Below are positions 51,615 through 60,433 of a DNA stretch of 64,000 nt, one piece after another (within the stretch, counting starts at the first letter, position 1; each line of letters opens with the position of its first letter). This DNA comes from Candidatus Staskawiczbacteria bacterium. GTDB taxonomy: Bacteria; Patescibacteriota; Minisyncoccia; Minisyncoccales; Staskawiczbacteraceae. The position numbers and the translations under genes are program-made. The stretch lies in the NCBI GenBank assembly GCA_903845295.1, contig CAIMWV010000027.1, positions 8,819 to 72,818 of the forward strand, given 5' to 3'. Under the pieces are notes generated by a model. That model did not search any database and was not told where the DNA came from. It saw only the letters and a list, made by a program, of their open reading frames with translations.

Positions 51615-52796
51615 CTACTTTAAACTGTTTATTATTTCAAGGGCTTTGTCTAATTGCGGGTCTTTTTTTTGTTGGATATCCTGGTCTGTTATATCAACTT
51701 TTATGTCGGGGGTTAATCCTACATCTGAAATTGAGTTGCCTTTCGGAGTCAGCCAGTTGGCAATAGTTACTTTGAGAAACGATCCCCCTCTTAAATTTAC
51801 AACTTCCTGGACGCATCCTTTTCCAAAAGACTTGGTTCCTATCAATTTTATATTTCTATCGTCTCTCAACGCGCCGGCTAAAATTTCGGATGCCGAAGCC
51901 GATCCCTGGTTTATCAAAATAACCATCGGATAGTTCGCGAGGTCGGAATTTCCATCTGCTTTATATATTTGCTGCGGTTTTCCTTTTCCAAAATCCTCAA
52001 TTGTCACTGTTTGCCCTTTTTGCAAAAACCATCCGGCAAGATCCTGGGCGACATTAAGATATCCTCCCGGATTATTCCTTAAATCCAATACTATTTTTTT
52101 TGCCGGGCTTTGTAAAATTTTAAGGGCGATTGTTTCAAAGTCAGAAGAAAGCGTATCATCAAACTGATAAATTTGCACATAAGCTATGTCTCCGTCCTTA
52201 AGCGACCACTCTATTGAAGGAACTTTTATTGTATCCCTTGTGATTTTAATATCCTTTGTATTATTCCAGCCGTCCCTCAAAACAGTCAATGTCACAGATG
52301 TTCCTTTTGGCCCGCGGATTAAACTTACCGCCTCATCTGAAGCCATATTTGTGGCATCCTGGCCGTTTATTTTTACGATTGTGTCTCCGGATTTTAATCC
52401 TGCTTTTTCTCCGGGAGTGCCTTTCAAAGGAGCAATAACCGTAAGCAAACCCTGTTTAATGCCTATTTCCACCCCAATGCCGTCAAATGATCCGGAAAGA
52501 TTTTGTTCAAACATTTTAGCCTGATTTGGGTCAAAAAAATCGGTGTAGGGATCTCCCAATGAATTTGTCATCCCCTCTATCGCGCCGTAAACTACTTTTT
52601 GGTCAGTTATTTTTGAAGGAGTAATAAAATTTTGCTGGAGCTTATTGTAGGCATCCCAGAAAAGGGAAAAATCAATAGTTCCCGGCTGAGGCACATGATA
52701 AGCTACTTTTGCAACTCCAATCCAAATACCCAGTCCGAAAACGGCAATAAAGCACACAACTAAAATTGCTATATAAATTATTTTTTTACTATTCAT
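51615..52796 (-). CDS. ctpA: carboxy-terminal processing protease (S41)
   Basis: PDZ block plus GSASASEILAGAL and KSFGKG S41 motifs; N-terminal TM. Confidence 0.85.
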   Translation of the reverse strand: MNSKKIIYIAILVVCFIAVFGLGIWIGVAKVAYHVPQPGTIDFSLFWDAYNKLQQNFITPSKITDQKVVYGAIEGMTNSLGDPYTDFFDPNQAKMFEQNLSGSFDGIGVEIGIKQGLLTVIAPLKGTPGEKAGLKSGDTIVKINGQDATNMASDEAVSLIRGPKGTSVTLTVLRDGWNNTKDIKITRDTIKVPSIEWSLKDGDIAYVQIYQFDDTLSSDFETIALKILQSPAKKIVLDLRNNPGGYLNVAQDLAGWFLQKGQTVTIEDFGKGKPQQIYKADGNSDLANYPMVILINQGSASASEILAGALRDDRNIKLIGTKSFGKGCVQEVVNLRGGSFLKVTIANWLTPKGNSISDVGLTPDIKVDITDQDIQQKKDPQLDKALEIINSLK

Positions 52797-52808
52797 ACTT
52801 ATACAAAC

Positions 52809-52837
52809 ATAATAACAAAATTATTTTTGTAAATCAA
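52809..52837 (-). promoter_or_regulatory. promoter for ctpA formed by end of element B
   Basis: Minus strand reads TTGATT-17 nt-TATTAT. Confidence 0.5.
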
Positions 52838-52938
52838 CCCTTCACCATTTCGTTAATATCGTTTATTGATTAAATATAAAAAGATCGTAAGCTTATACAT
52901 TCTTAAATAAAAATCCGACTTGTATGGTGAAGGGTCAA
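52834..52938 (-). repeat. ~105-bp inverted-repeat element, copy B
   Basis: Arms tcaacccttcaccat / atggtgaagggtcaa; the reverse complement aligns along its full length with 2547-2650. Confidence 0.75.
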
Positions 52939-52981
52939 TGCCAGTTAGTATCTATATTTTTAAAAATCGTCAAAATTTTGC

Positions 52982-53021
52982 AAAAAAAAGCGACTGTGTG
53001 CAAAACTTCACACACAGTCGC
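52982..53021 (-). terminator. intrinsic terminator of GC-rich secreted-protein gene
   Basis: 11-bp perfect stem gcgactgtgtg/cacacagtcgc; T-run on the minus strand. Confidence 0.65.
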
Positions 53022-53048
53022 GACGACCAATGGCCGCCCTTACTCTTG

Positions 53049-54320
53049 TTAGCGTGTGCCTACCGCGAACTCAAGTTTGCCTTCACGGGTCCACTTGAAC
53101 CCAATAACCGTACTTCGTGGGCCGATTCTTTCTGAGCCCACAATCCAGTCATTCGACAGGTAATCCTGGTATTTCGTCGGAACCGGGGCAACTACGTTCT
53201 GCCCCAACCGAATGGCGGTAATCCCCGGGAAGGGTGTTCGTCTTCCTCCCGAAGATACTGCCAGTCCAGGCCCCACGGACAGGATTATTCTGTTCGGCAT
53301 AGGCGGGACCACTATGGTTCCCACGTCTAGCACCGTGACATTAATATTGAACGGCGGAAGACTGCCAACGTTGATGACAATCTTCCCGGCACCGGAGATT
53401 GCGAAGGTGCCGGAAAACGTTCCGAACCCTCCACTATCCGAGCCTGCAACCATCGGCATACTGCTACCGTCCGAAGCAACCATGGTTGCAGTCGGTGTCG
53501 CAGTCGCAGGGACATAGTCAAACGTCAGATTGAACGGCTGCCCCGCGATTACATACTGCGGGCACACAACATTTGTCACACCCGTTGTGACTGTTGCTGG
53601 CGTCGTCGCCGCCGGAACCAAGATATTAATGCTGGCCGGCACCGGCATACTTCCAATCGTGACCTCCACCGTGTGCCTATCTGCCGTAGTGAAGGTCGGA
53701 GTGACCGTGAAGTTGCCCTTGCCCGTTCCTGTACCAGTAGCAGTGACAGCAACCTTCACCGAAGGCGCCTTATCAACGCTAATGTTCACGTCCAGCCCGG
53801 CATCGGCCGTGTAGTCAAACGTTACGGGAATGGGCTGGCTCAGAGCTATCGCCCCGAGCGTCCAATTATCGACAGTCGGTAACTTCACCGCTGGCGACGA
53901 CGGAGCCGCAACCACTTGGAACGCAGCTTTGTCAATCGCTGCGCTTCCATCGGCTGGAACGACGTGAATATGGTACTGACCAGCGGCCGCCGGAGTCCAA
54001 CTAGTTCGACCGACCGAGTAGCCAGCATCATCCGGCTGATCGTTCTTAAAGCTAGCAACGGTTTTGCCATCTCCAAGAACTTGCGGTACGTTCGAGCTGT
54101 TCAACACCGACATACTGAAGTCGGCGTCAAAGCGGACCGCGATCACGAACTGTGCACCCACCATGGGCGTGTCGCTCGCGATCGGAGCAACCGTCATCAG
54201 GTCTACCGCCCTACTGGCCGCCGGCGGCGCCTCGAACTTGACTTCCACGTCCAACGCGAACGCGGGAGCCATTACGCTCGCCACAATGGCGAACGCGCAG
54301 ATGTAAAACAACTTTCTCAT
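53049..54320 (-). CDS. secreted protein with repeated Ig-like/beta-sandwich segments (GC-rich)
   Basis: Start moved to M26 (gaggagg SD); signal peptide MRKLFYICAFAIVASVMAPAFA; T/V/A-rich beta repeats. Confidence 0.55.
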   Translation of the reverse strand: MRKLFYICAFAIVASVMAPAFALDVEVKFEAPPAASRAVDLMTVAPIASDTPMVGAQFVIAVRFDADFSMSVLNSSNVPQVLGDGKTVASFKNDQPDDAGYSVGRTSWTPAAAGQYHIHVVPADGSAAIDKAAFQVVAAPSSPAVKLPTVDNWTLGAIALSQPIPVTFDYTADAGLDVNISVDKAPSVKVAVTATGTGTGKGNFTVTPTFTTADRHTVEVTIGSMPVPASINILVPAATTPATVTTGVTNVVCPQYVIAGQPFNLTFDYVPATATPTATMVASDGSSMPMVAGSDSGGFGTFSGTFAISGAGKIVINVGSLPPFNINVTVLDVGTIVVPPMPNRIILSVGPGLAVSSGGRRTPFPGITAIRLGQNVVAPVPTKYQDYLSNDWIVGSERIGPRSTVIGFKWTREGKLEFAVGTR

Positions 54321-54407
54321 GACATCCTCCTCTCGCAAATCCCAAGGGACTCGAAGCCCCCTTCTGTCCATCTCGGGGGGCTCACAATGGCCCACCTCAC
54401 TACCATA

Positions 54408-54436
54408 ATGATAGCATATTGAATTGAACTTGTCAA
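54408..54436 (-). promoter_or_regulatory. near-consensus promoter formed by end of element C
   Basis: Minus strand reads TTGACA-17 nt-TATCAT. Confidence 0.55.
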
Positions 54437-54538
54437 GCCTTCACCTTACCAAAAATACTTTTTTTAAATTAACATAAAAATCTTTAAACCTTGTATAATT
54501 TTCAGAGAAAAGATACAACTAGTACAATGAAGGCTCAA
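54433..54538 (-). repeat. ~105-bp inverted-repeat element, diverged copy C
   Basis: Arms tcaagccttcacctt / atgaaggctcaa; same length and architecture as copies A and B. Confidence 0.55.
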
Positions 54539-54551
54539 TAATTGGAGGCAT

Positions 54552-54592
54552 CCAAAACAAAACTCAGGTTTTTAGCCTGAGTTTTGTTTTGG
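54552..54592. terminator. 17-bp perfect hairpin downstream of sortase gene
   Basis: ccaaaacaaaactcagg-N7-cctgagttttgttttgg. Confidence 0.55.
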
Positions 54593-54607
54593 ACAGATAA
54601 TAGTGAC

Positions 54608-55330
54608 TTAATTGTTAACCAGTTCTGCCTCAACTGTTATTCTTTGATAGTCTTTTCCCGGCGGCCAGCAGCTGATTAATGTCAGAACATTATTATTGGC
54701 GGACAAACTGTCTGCCGGGACATCTGCGCCCCTTTGGATTATCGTCTTCTGTTTGACTACGTATGTGTATTGCTTGTTATTGAGGTCAATTGAAATGGTA
54801 TCCCCTGCTGACAGCTTTTCTAAATTGGTAAAAACCCAGTCGTGCTTTATTGTTGGCCATCCCGGAGGAGCTGAGTGCCCTAAAATTATAATCTGGCCTA
54901 TTTGTCCCGGGTAAACTGAACCAGGGTAATAAACCACCCCCTGATCAAGGTCTTTTGCAAGAGAAGTCTTGTCGGTGCTTGTTGAAAAAATAATTGGAAC
55001 AGAAAGAGATATTTTTGGAATTTCAAGCGTGTTTTGCTTGTCTGTATAATTTGTTTTTACATCCGATACCGTCTGAGATGTGGTATTTTGGCCTTGCCCT
55101 CCTAAATTTTGCTCTGGCAAAATTTTAGCGGGTGAATGGTTTGGATAAAAATATGCATTCATAGTGGAAGCATCGATGGTTGGATAAGGATTAAAAAAAT
55201 CTTCTACTAATCCCGACACTTCTTTGTAATTGAAAATCCAGGAAACATCATTCCAGTTTATAATCAGAAAACTTGCCAAATATATCAATACAGCCACTTT
55301 TATTATTTTTTTTGTATTGTATCCGTTCAT
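54608..55330 (-). CDS. sortase-family transpeptidase
   Basis: N-terminal TM; IILGHSAPP (His), LTLISCWP (TLxTC-like Cys), RITVEA (Arg). Confidence 0.8.
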   Translation of the reverse strand: MNGYNTKKIIKVAVLIYLASFLIINWNDVSWIFNYKEVSGLVEDFFNPYPTIDASTMNAYFYPNHSPAKILPEQNLGGQGQNTTSQTVSDVKTNYTDKQNTLEIPKISLSVPIIFSTSTDKTSLAKDLDQGVVYYPGSVYPGQIGQIIILGHSAPPGWPTIKHDWVFTNLEKLSAGDTISIDLNNKQYTYVVKQKTIIQRGADVPADSLSANNNVLTLISCWPPGKDYQRITVEAELVNN

Positions 55331-56388
55331 ATAATTATCTGGTGCGGAATTAATGAAATTATCGTTTCTTTGTTTATCAATGCAGCTGCAGACAATAATA
55401 CTAAGATAAGAACCGCCCTGAAGACAAGCTGTTTTTTGAAATTGATATGAAAATTGAAAAATATTAATGTAAGCAGGATGCCTATTACAACAAGAGATAC
55501 TCCGTAAATAATATCCTGCAACAACCCGTTATAATTATATAAAGCAAAATTCAATAATTTTGAAGATACATTATTTGCGCTGTTTCCTTTTTGGGGTTCT
55601 ATAGAATTTTGCGATTCTGTTGATTGTGACAACACCTTCTCATTTGTGTCGGCAGTTGCCGCAGTTTGCGCGGTTTGTGTATTAGCAATTGGCGCGGGCT
55701 TAACAGCCTCAGATGTTGTATTTTTTGCCGGCTGAACCGCAGCTGGTTTTTGATTATTATTTACCGCAACTGTCTTAGCCGGCAATTGACTTCCGAACTC
55801 CTGCACAACAACAATTGTATTATTTTGGCCAAATCCGTTTAAAACGGCTGTGCCGACATCCGTATAATTAGGATTTACAATGTTTGCTTTATGCGATGGC
55901 GAATTCAGCCAGGCGCTATAAACTTCCTGTGAATCATAAAATCCAATCGCCAGATTTTCACCTGCATATTTGTATTTATAACCTGCCTGTGAAAACCAAA
56001 ACCATGGCGAAACTCCGCTGGGGCTGGTATGGTTAAAATAATTATCTTGCACCATATTTTGTGCCTTCAGCTGAGCTGCCTGGTTTAATTTTGCATTCTC
56101 TGATAGGGGCTTTAATCCCAGAGATTGCCTTGTCTGGTTAACAAAATTTTCAAGAGCCGATTTTGTTATATCGGCGAAAAATATATTATGCGGGATATTA
56201 ATCGGAATTAAAGCCGTAGTGATTTTTAAAGCTAAAAGCAAAACAACGCAATAAAGCAATGCATTGCTTTGTAAAAATCTTGATTTATAATTGTTGTCTT
56301 CTGAGGGCAAAATGAATTGCTTTGCTTTCTCAAAAATATGTTCAATTACGCCCTCTTTTACAGAATAATCCATGTTTTTATAATACAC
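55327..56388 (-). CDS. CAP/SCP (YkwD-like) domain membrane protein
   Basis: NHTSPSG...GENLAIGF...AWLNSPSHKANIVNPNYTDVG; C-terminal TM segments. Confidence 0.7.
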   Translation of the reverse strand: MYYKNMDYSVKEGVIEHIFEKAKQFILPSEDNNYKSRFLQSNALLYCVVLLLALKITTALIPINIPHNIFFADITKSALENFVNQTRQSLGLKPLSENAKLNQAAQLKAQNMVQDNYFNHTSPSGVSPWFWFSQAGYKYKYAGENLAIGFYDSQEVYSAWLNSPSHKANIVNPNYTDVGTAVLNGFGQNNTIVVVQEFGSQLPAKTVAVNNNQKPAAVQPAKNTTSEAVKPAPIANTQTAQTAATADTNEKVLSQSTESQNSIEPQKGNSANNVSSKLLNFALYNYNGLLQDIIYGVSLVVIGILLTLIFFNFHINFKKQLVFRAVLILVLLSAAALINKETIISLIPHQIII

Positions 56389-56511
56389 TAATATTACTAT
56401 TTTGTCAATAGTTTAGCGTATACCCTCCTTCACATTAATTTTGCCACAATTAGCATGCCGAAGCAATAAAAAGCCCCTCTATGACAAGGGTGCGTGATTT
56501 TAAACTTTTTA

Positions 56512-57375
56512 TCACTTAATGCAGGTTTTATTGTCGCAGACGATTGCTTTATTTTGAGGCGTCAGGTTTATATATCGCAGGTTTTTCCTGCTGTCTGAGG
56601 AAATTCCGCCGTTTAACAACAGATCCAATTTTTTAAGCTGCGAGTTAATATCTGAATTCGGGCCCAAATCAAAATAAATATGCCAGCCTTCATTTGTGTC
56701 CGCATCTAATCTTAACGGGCTCGTGATCATCACCTCGTCTAAATTTATCTTAAAATTATCTTTCAGATTTTTTTGGATATCAGAAATCGCAGTTATTATA
56801 TTTTTTGCTATAACTTCTTCTCCGGAAAATACTTGGCTGTTTTCCAATACTTGCCGCACAATGGTGGTACCGGCAGGTATCGGGGCTAATGATTCAAAAA
56901 TAACCCCGTCACCATCGATTGAGAAGCAACTGCTGTCAGTTTGCCCTGAATTCGTTTGTGGGCAAAAAACTCCGATTGGCTTTCTTTCCTCAACATTTAT
57001 AATCAATGTTTGTGGCAGGTTTTTATTTATCGAAACATCTCCTATTAAAGGAAACTTTTCCAATATTTCCTTGCCTAGTTTATCGGTATCGGTTAAAAAG
57101 ATACTTTTAGAATCAATCTCCCAGTTTCCTATGCCAAAAATTTTAATATTAATATTTCCGGAAACTAAATTTTCGATATCCTTGCTTATAACTTTTTGAT
57201 TTCCCAGAACTATAATATTTTTAAACTGGATGCCAGAGTAAAATAGCAAGAAATATAGGACAGATGAAACAACGATTAAAAGCAAAATAACAATCCAAAA
57301 CCACAGCTTGGTAAAAATCGGTTTTTTTGGCTTTATTCTGTGGATTTTTGATTTTATATGGCTCTTCATATACAA
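56512..57375 (-). CDS. ftsQ: FtsQ-like cell division protein (POTRA)
   Basis: N-terminal TM then a POTRA-like IKNIIVLGNQKVISKDIENLV; position within the dcw-type cluster. Confidence 0.6.
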   Translation of the reverse strand: MYMKSHIKSKIHRIKPKKPIFTKLWFWIVILLLIVVSSVLYFLLFYSGIQFKNIIVLGNQKVISKDIENLVSGNINIKIFGIGNWEIDSKSIFLTDTDKLGKEILEKFPLIGDVSINKNLPQTLIINVEERKPIGVFCPQTNSGQTDSSCFSIDGDGVIFESLAPIPAGTTIVRQVLENSQVFSGEEVIAKNIITAISDIQKNLKDNFKINLDEVMITSPLRLDADTNEGWHIYFDLGPNSDINSQLKKLDLLLNGGISSDSRKNLRYINLTPQNKAIVCDNKTCIK

Positions 57376-57378
57376 CGA

Positions 57379-58431
57379 TTATAAATTCCTTTTTCTTTTT
57401 CTGATATTTTCTATCATATAATTTATCCAATATTTTTTTGAAATAATGAAATCCTGGGTTTTAACATAATTTTTTTTATAGCCTCCGAAACCCATCTTAA
57501 ACAGCGAAAGCCCTGCCCAGGGATGTTTTGATTTTTGGGCGTCAGATTCAGTTTCAATATCGGGCGCAATCCCCCAAAAATTATAAATCCTGCATCCCCT
57601 ATTCCTGGCTTCTTTTATGGCTCGCCACTGCAGTAAATATGAAACGGGAATTTTATTATAATCAGAAAGCGACCCTGAATGGTGATAAACACATATATCC
57701 TGCCAAAAAACAAAAATGGCAGCTGATACAACCTGTCCTTTATAATTTCCTAAAAAGAGCAGAATTTCTTTATCCTTTATAAAAGAATTAAATTGCGTCT
57801 CTAAATATTTTTCCGGAAAAACAACAAAATGGTGCCTTTTTGCAGTTTCAAGATAAACCGGCCAGAAAAGTTTTATATCTCCAATTCTATCGCTTATAGT
57901 AATCTGGATATCAGAATTCTTTTCCGCCTGGCGGATCAGGTACCTCGTGGTTTTGCGCATATTCATCAAAAGCTTTTCTTCCGGCGGAGTTATGTCTAAT
58001 TCCCACGTAACTTCAGGATGCATATGAATAGGCGCTTGCCTGAAGCCTAAATCTGTAAAAATATTTTCGTTTTCTTGATTATCCGACAAAATAGGGGCAA
58101 CCCTTATAAAACTTACGTTTTCTCCTTTGGCAAAATCGCTCAGTTGCAATAAAAACAATTCTAAAATTTCTTTTTTATCCTGGCCGTCTAAGCCCCCGAT
58201 AACAACCGGACCATGCGGGATAAATAAAAAAGTTCCTCGTCTGGCGGAAATTTTTAAAACTAAAGCAGCGCCAATTAATTTTTCTTCATTATAAACGCCT
58301 AACCTCCAAATTTTTTCTCCCATTTGGCTGTTAAATTCGCCCCAGTTCCAGGACTGCAAAAATGTTTTCTCAGCGCACTGCAAAAGAAAATTTTCCCACT
58401 CTTCTCTATTTATTATCTCTTTTAGTTCCAT
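57379..58431 (-). CDS. FemAB-family peptidoglycan interpeptide-bridge aminoacyltransferase
   Basis: FLQSWNWGEF N-terminal block and length/architecture of FemX-type enzymes. Confidence 0.75.
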   Translation of the reverse strand: MELKEIINREEWENFLLQCAEKTFLQSWNWGEFNSQMGEKIWRLGVYNEEKLIGAALVLKISARRGTFLFIPHGPVVIGGLDGQDKKEILELFLLQLSDFAKGENVSFIRVAPILSDNQENENIFTDLGFRQAPIHMHPEVTWELDITPPEEKLLMNMRKTTRYLIRQAEKNSDIQITISDRIGDIKLFWPVYLETAKRHHFVVFPEKYLETQFNSFIKDKEILLFLGNYKGQVVSAAIFVFWQDICVYHHSGSLSDYNKIPVSYLLQWRAIKEARNRGCRIYNFWGIAPDIETESDAQKSKHPWAGLSLFKMGFGGYKKNYVKTQDFIISKKYWINYMIENIRKRKRNL

Positions 58432-58432
58432 A

Positions 58433-59182
58433 TTATTTTTTGCATATATAAAACACTGGCGGATGTCTCCTTACATCATCCTCAGCTATCTGCAATTTTC
58501 CGTTTATTTCTATAATTTTAAATCCTGCTCGTATTATCTGTTTTTTCACTTCATCCACAGATGCAATATGAATATATTGTTTGATTGTGACTTCGTCCAG
58601 CCTTTTAAAAAATCTGTCGCCAAAATCCATCTCTGCAATATTAAATCCGATTGGTTTTAAAATATAGAATCTGACCCATTGCATTACCCAAAAGAAAAAA
58701 AATCTGCTGAACCAGACTCTTGGATGTGCAGTGAAAATACAAATCCCGTTTGGCTTCAAAACCCTGCGCATTTCTTTCAAGGCTTTTAATCTTTCATCTT
58801 TACCAGGTATTTGTGTCCAGCCTTGGTTAGAAAATAATAAATAATCAAAATAGCCATCGCCAAAATCAAGCTTTGTTGCGTCTCCAATCCTATAATCTAT
58901 GTTTAATTTTTCTTCTTCAGCTATTTTCTTTGCCGTTTTTATCATTTCAGGAACTAAATCCACAGCTATGATATTGTATCCCATTTTTGCCAACGGAATT
59001 GTTGTTCTGCCAGTGCCGCAACCTAAGTCTAATACCCAGCCCTTTCTATCAGCAAAATATTTAGAAATAAAATAATCTTCGCCGATCCAGAGGCCGTTGT
59101 GCGCAAATTTAGAATATTTGGCTTGCGCATTTTGCGCAGAAAATTCTTCTATCACAATTTTTTTAAAATCTTCTTTATTCAT
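58433..59182 (-). CDS. class I SAM-dependent methyltransferase
   Basis: VLDLGCGTGRTTIPLA motif I. Confidence 0.8.
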   Translation of the reverse strand: MNKEDFKKIVIEEFSAQNAQAKYSKFAHNGLWIGEDYFISKYFADRKGWVLDLGCGTGRTTIPLAKMGYNIIAVDLVPEMIKTAKKIAEEEKLNIDYRIGDATKLDFGDGYFDYLLFSNQGWTQIPGKDERLKALKEMRRVLKPNGICIFTAHPRVWFSRFFFFWVMQWVRFYILKPIGFNIAEMDFGDRFFKRLDEVTIKQYIHIASVDEVKKQIIRAGFKIIEINGKLQIAEDDVRRHPPVFYICKK

Positions 59183-60428
59183 AGTTCTTCAAAAAATTAA
59201 CAATTCTTTCGGCATCTTTTTGCGAAATATTTATATGGGTTGGCAGATTCAATGTTATTTTTGCCAGATCTTCGGCATTCGGGCAGCTGCCCTTTATATA
59301 TTTCATTTCTTCAAGGTTTGTGTCAAACGGGGCTATCGGAGTGGTATACCAGTCGCCGAGCAGGATGTTCTGCTTATGCCATGCATTATAAATTATCTCG
59401 TTGGCATCGGAATGTTTCACAGTAAAGCGCAGGAAAATATTTTTTCTGTTCTCAAACTTTTTAGGCAGTTGGAATTTGGCATCTTTCAGATTTTCAAAAT
59501 AATAATCAGCAATTTTTTGCCTGTGGCTGTTGAATTTTTCCAATTTGTCAAATTGGTTCAGGGCCATTGCAGCCAATGCATTCGGCATAGCTCTTGGAAA
59601 ATAATCCGGACGCTTCCCTTGCTTTTCCTGCCAGCTGACTGCCTTAGATAAAATATGGAGCCATTGCGATAAAACCAGAAATATTTTTCCCAAATCCAAA
59701 AAATTATAAATCGGCAGAATAATATAATTTAAAAGAATTGGGTGCAATAATTGCTGGAATATCCAAAATGAATTTGGCATGCCAAAATCGGCCTGAGCCT
59801 GCCGAAGGCTCTCAGCTAATTTATCGTCGTTTGTCACGGCCATTCCGCCATATACAGAAGAAATTACCTTGTCCCTTGAAAAACTGAAGAACGCAGTCTT
59901 GCTGTGAGAACCGACTTTCTCGCCGTTGAATTCAGCTCCAAGCGAATGTGCGCAATCCTCGATTAAAATAAGGCTGTTTGAACCACAAACTCCCCCAATT
60001 TGATCCATATCCGCCGGCAATCCAAAAGTATGCTGGACCACCACAACCCTGCTTTTAACATTAATTTTATGCTCTAAATCTTTTGCATCCATATTGAAGT
60101 CATCTTTGTTGCAATCTACATAAACGGGCTTTAAACCTTCCCATAAAACAGGGTTCGGCACGGCGTTGCACGTAAACGCCTGCAATAAAACCTCGCTCCC
60201 CTCTTGCAGATTCAGGGATTTTAAAATCGCAAAAAAAGAGCTCCTGCCGGAATTAAAAGAAAAGGCATATTTTATGCCTAAATATTTTTTAAATTTATTT
60301 TCCAGTTCTTCTGTTGCCCTCCCTTTTTTCCACAGCCATGGGCGTATAATCAAATTCAGAGCCAGATGTAAATCATCTTTCTCAACATTCGGAGATAATG
60401 AAATTGATATGGGTTTAAAATATCTCAT
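59175..60428 (-). CDS. DegT/DnrJ/EryC1/StrS-family aminotransferase
   Basis: LIEDCAHSLGA and FSFSRDKVIS (PLP Lys) blocks. Confidence 0.85.
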   Translation of the reverse strand: MRYFKPISISLSPNVEKDDLHLALNLIIRPWLWKKGRATEELENKFKKYLGIKYAFSFNSGRSSFFAILKSLNLQEGSEVLLQAFTCNAVPNPVLWEGLKPVYVDCNKDDFNMDAKDLEHKINVKSRVVVVQHTFGLPADMDQIGGVCGSNSLILIEDCAHSLGAEFNGEKVGSHSKTAFFSFSRDKVISSVYGGMAVTNDDKLAESLRQAQADFGMPNSFWIFQQLLHPILLNYIILPIYNFLDLGKIFLVLSQWLHILSKAVSWQEKQGKRPDYFPRAMPNALAAMALNQFDKLEKFNSHRQKIADYYFENLKDAKFQLPKKFENRKNIFLRFTVKHSDANEIIYNAWHKQNILLGDWYTTPIAPFDTNLEEMKYIKGSCPNAEDLAKITLNLPTHINISQKDAERIVNFLKNYE

Positions 60429-60433
60429 TATTT

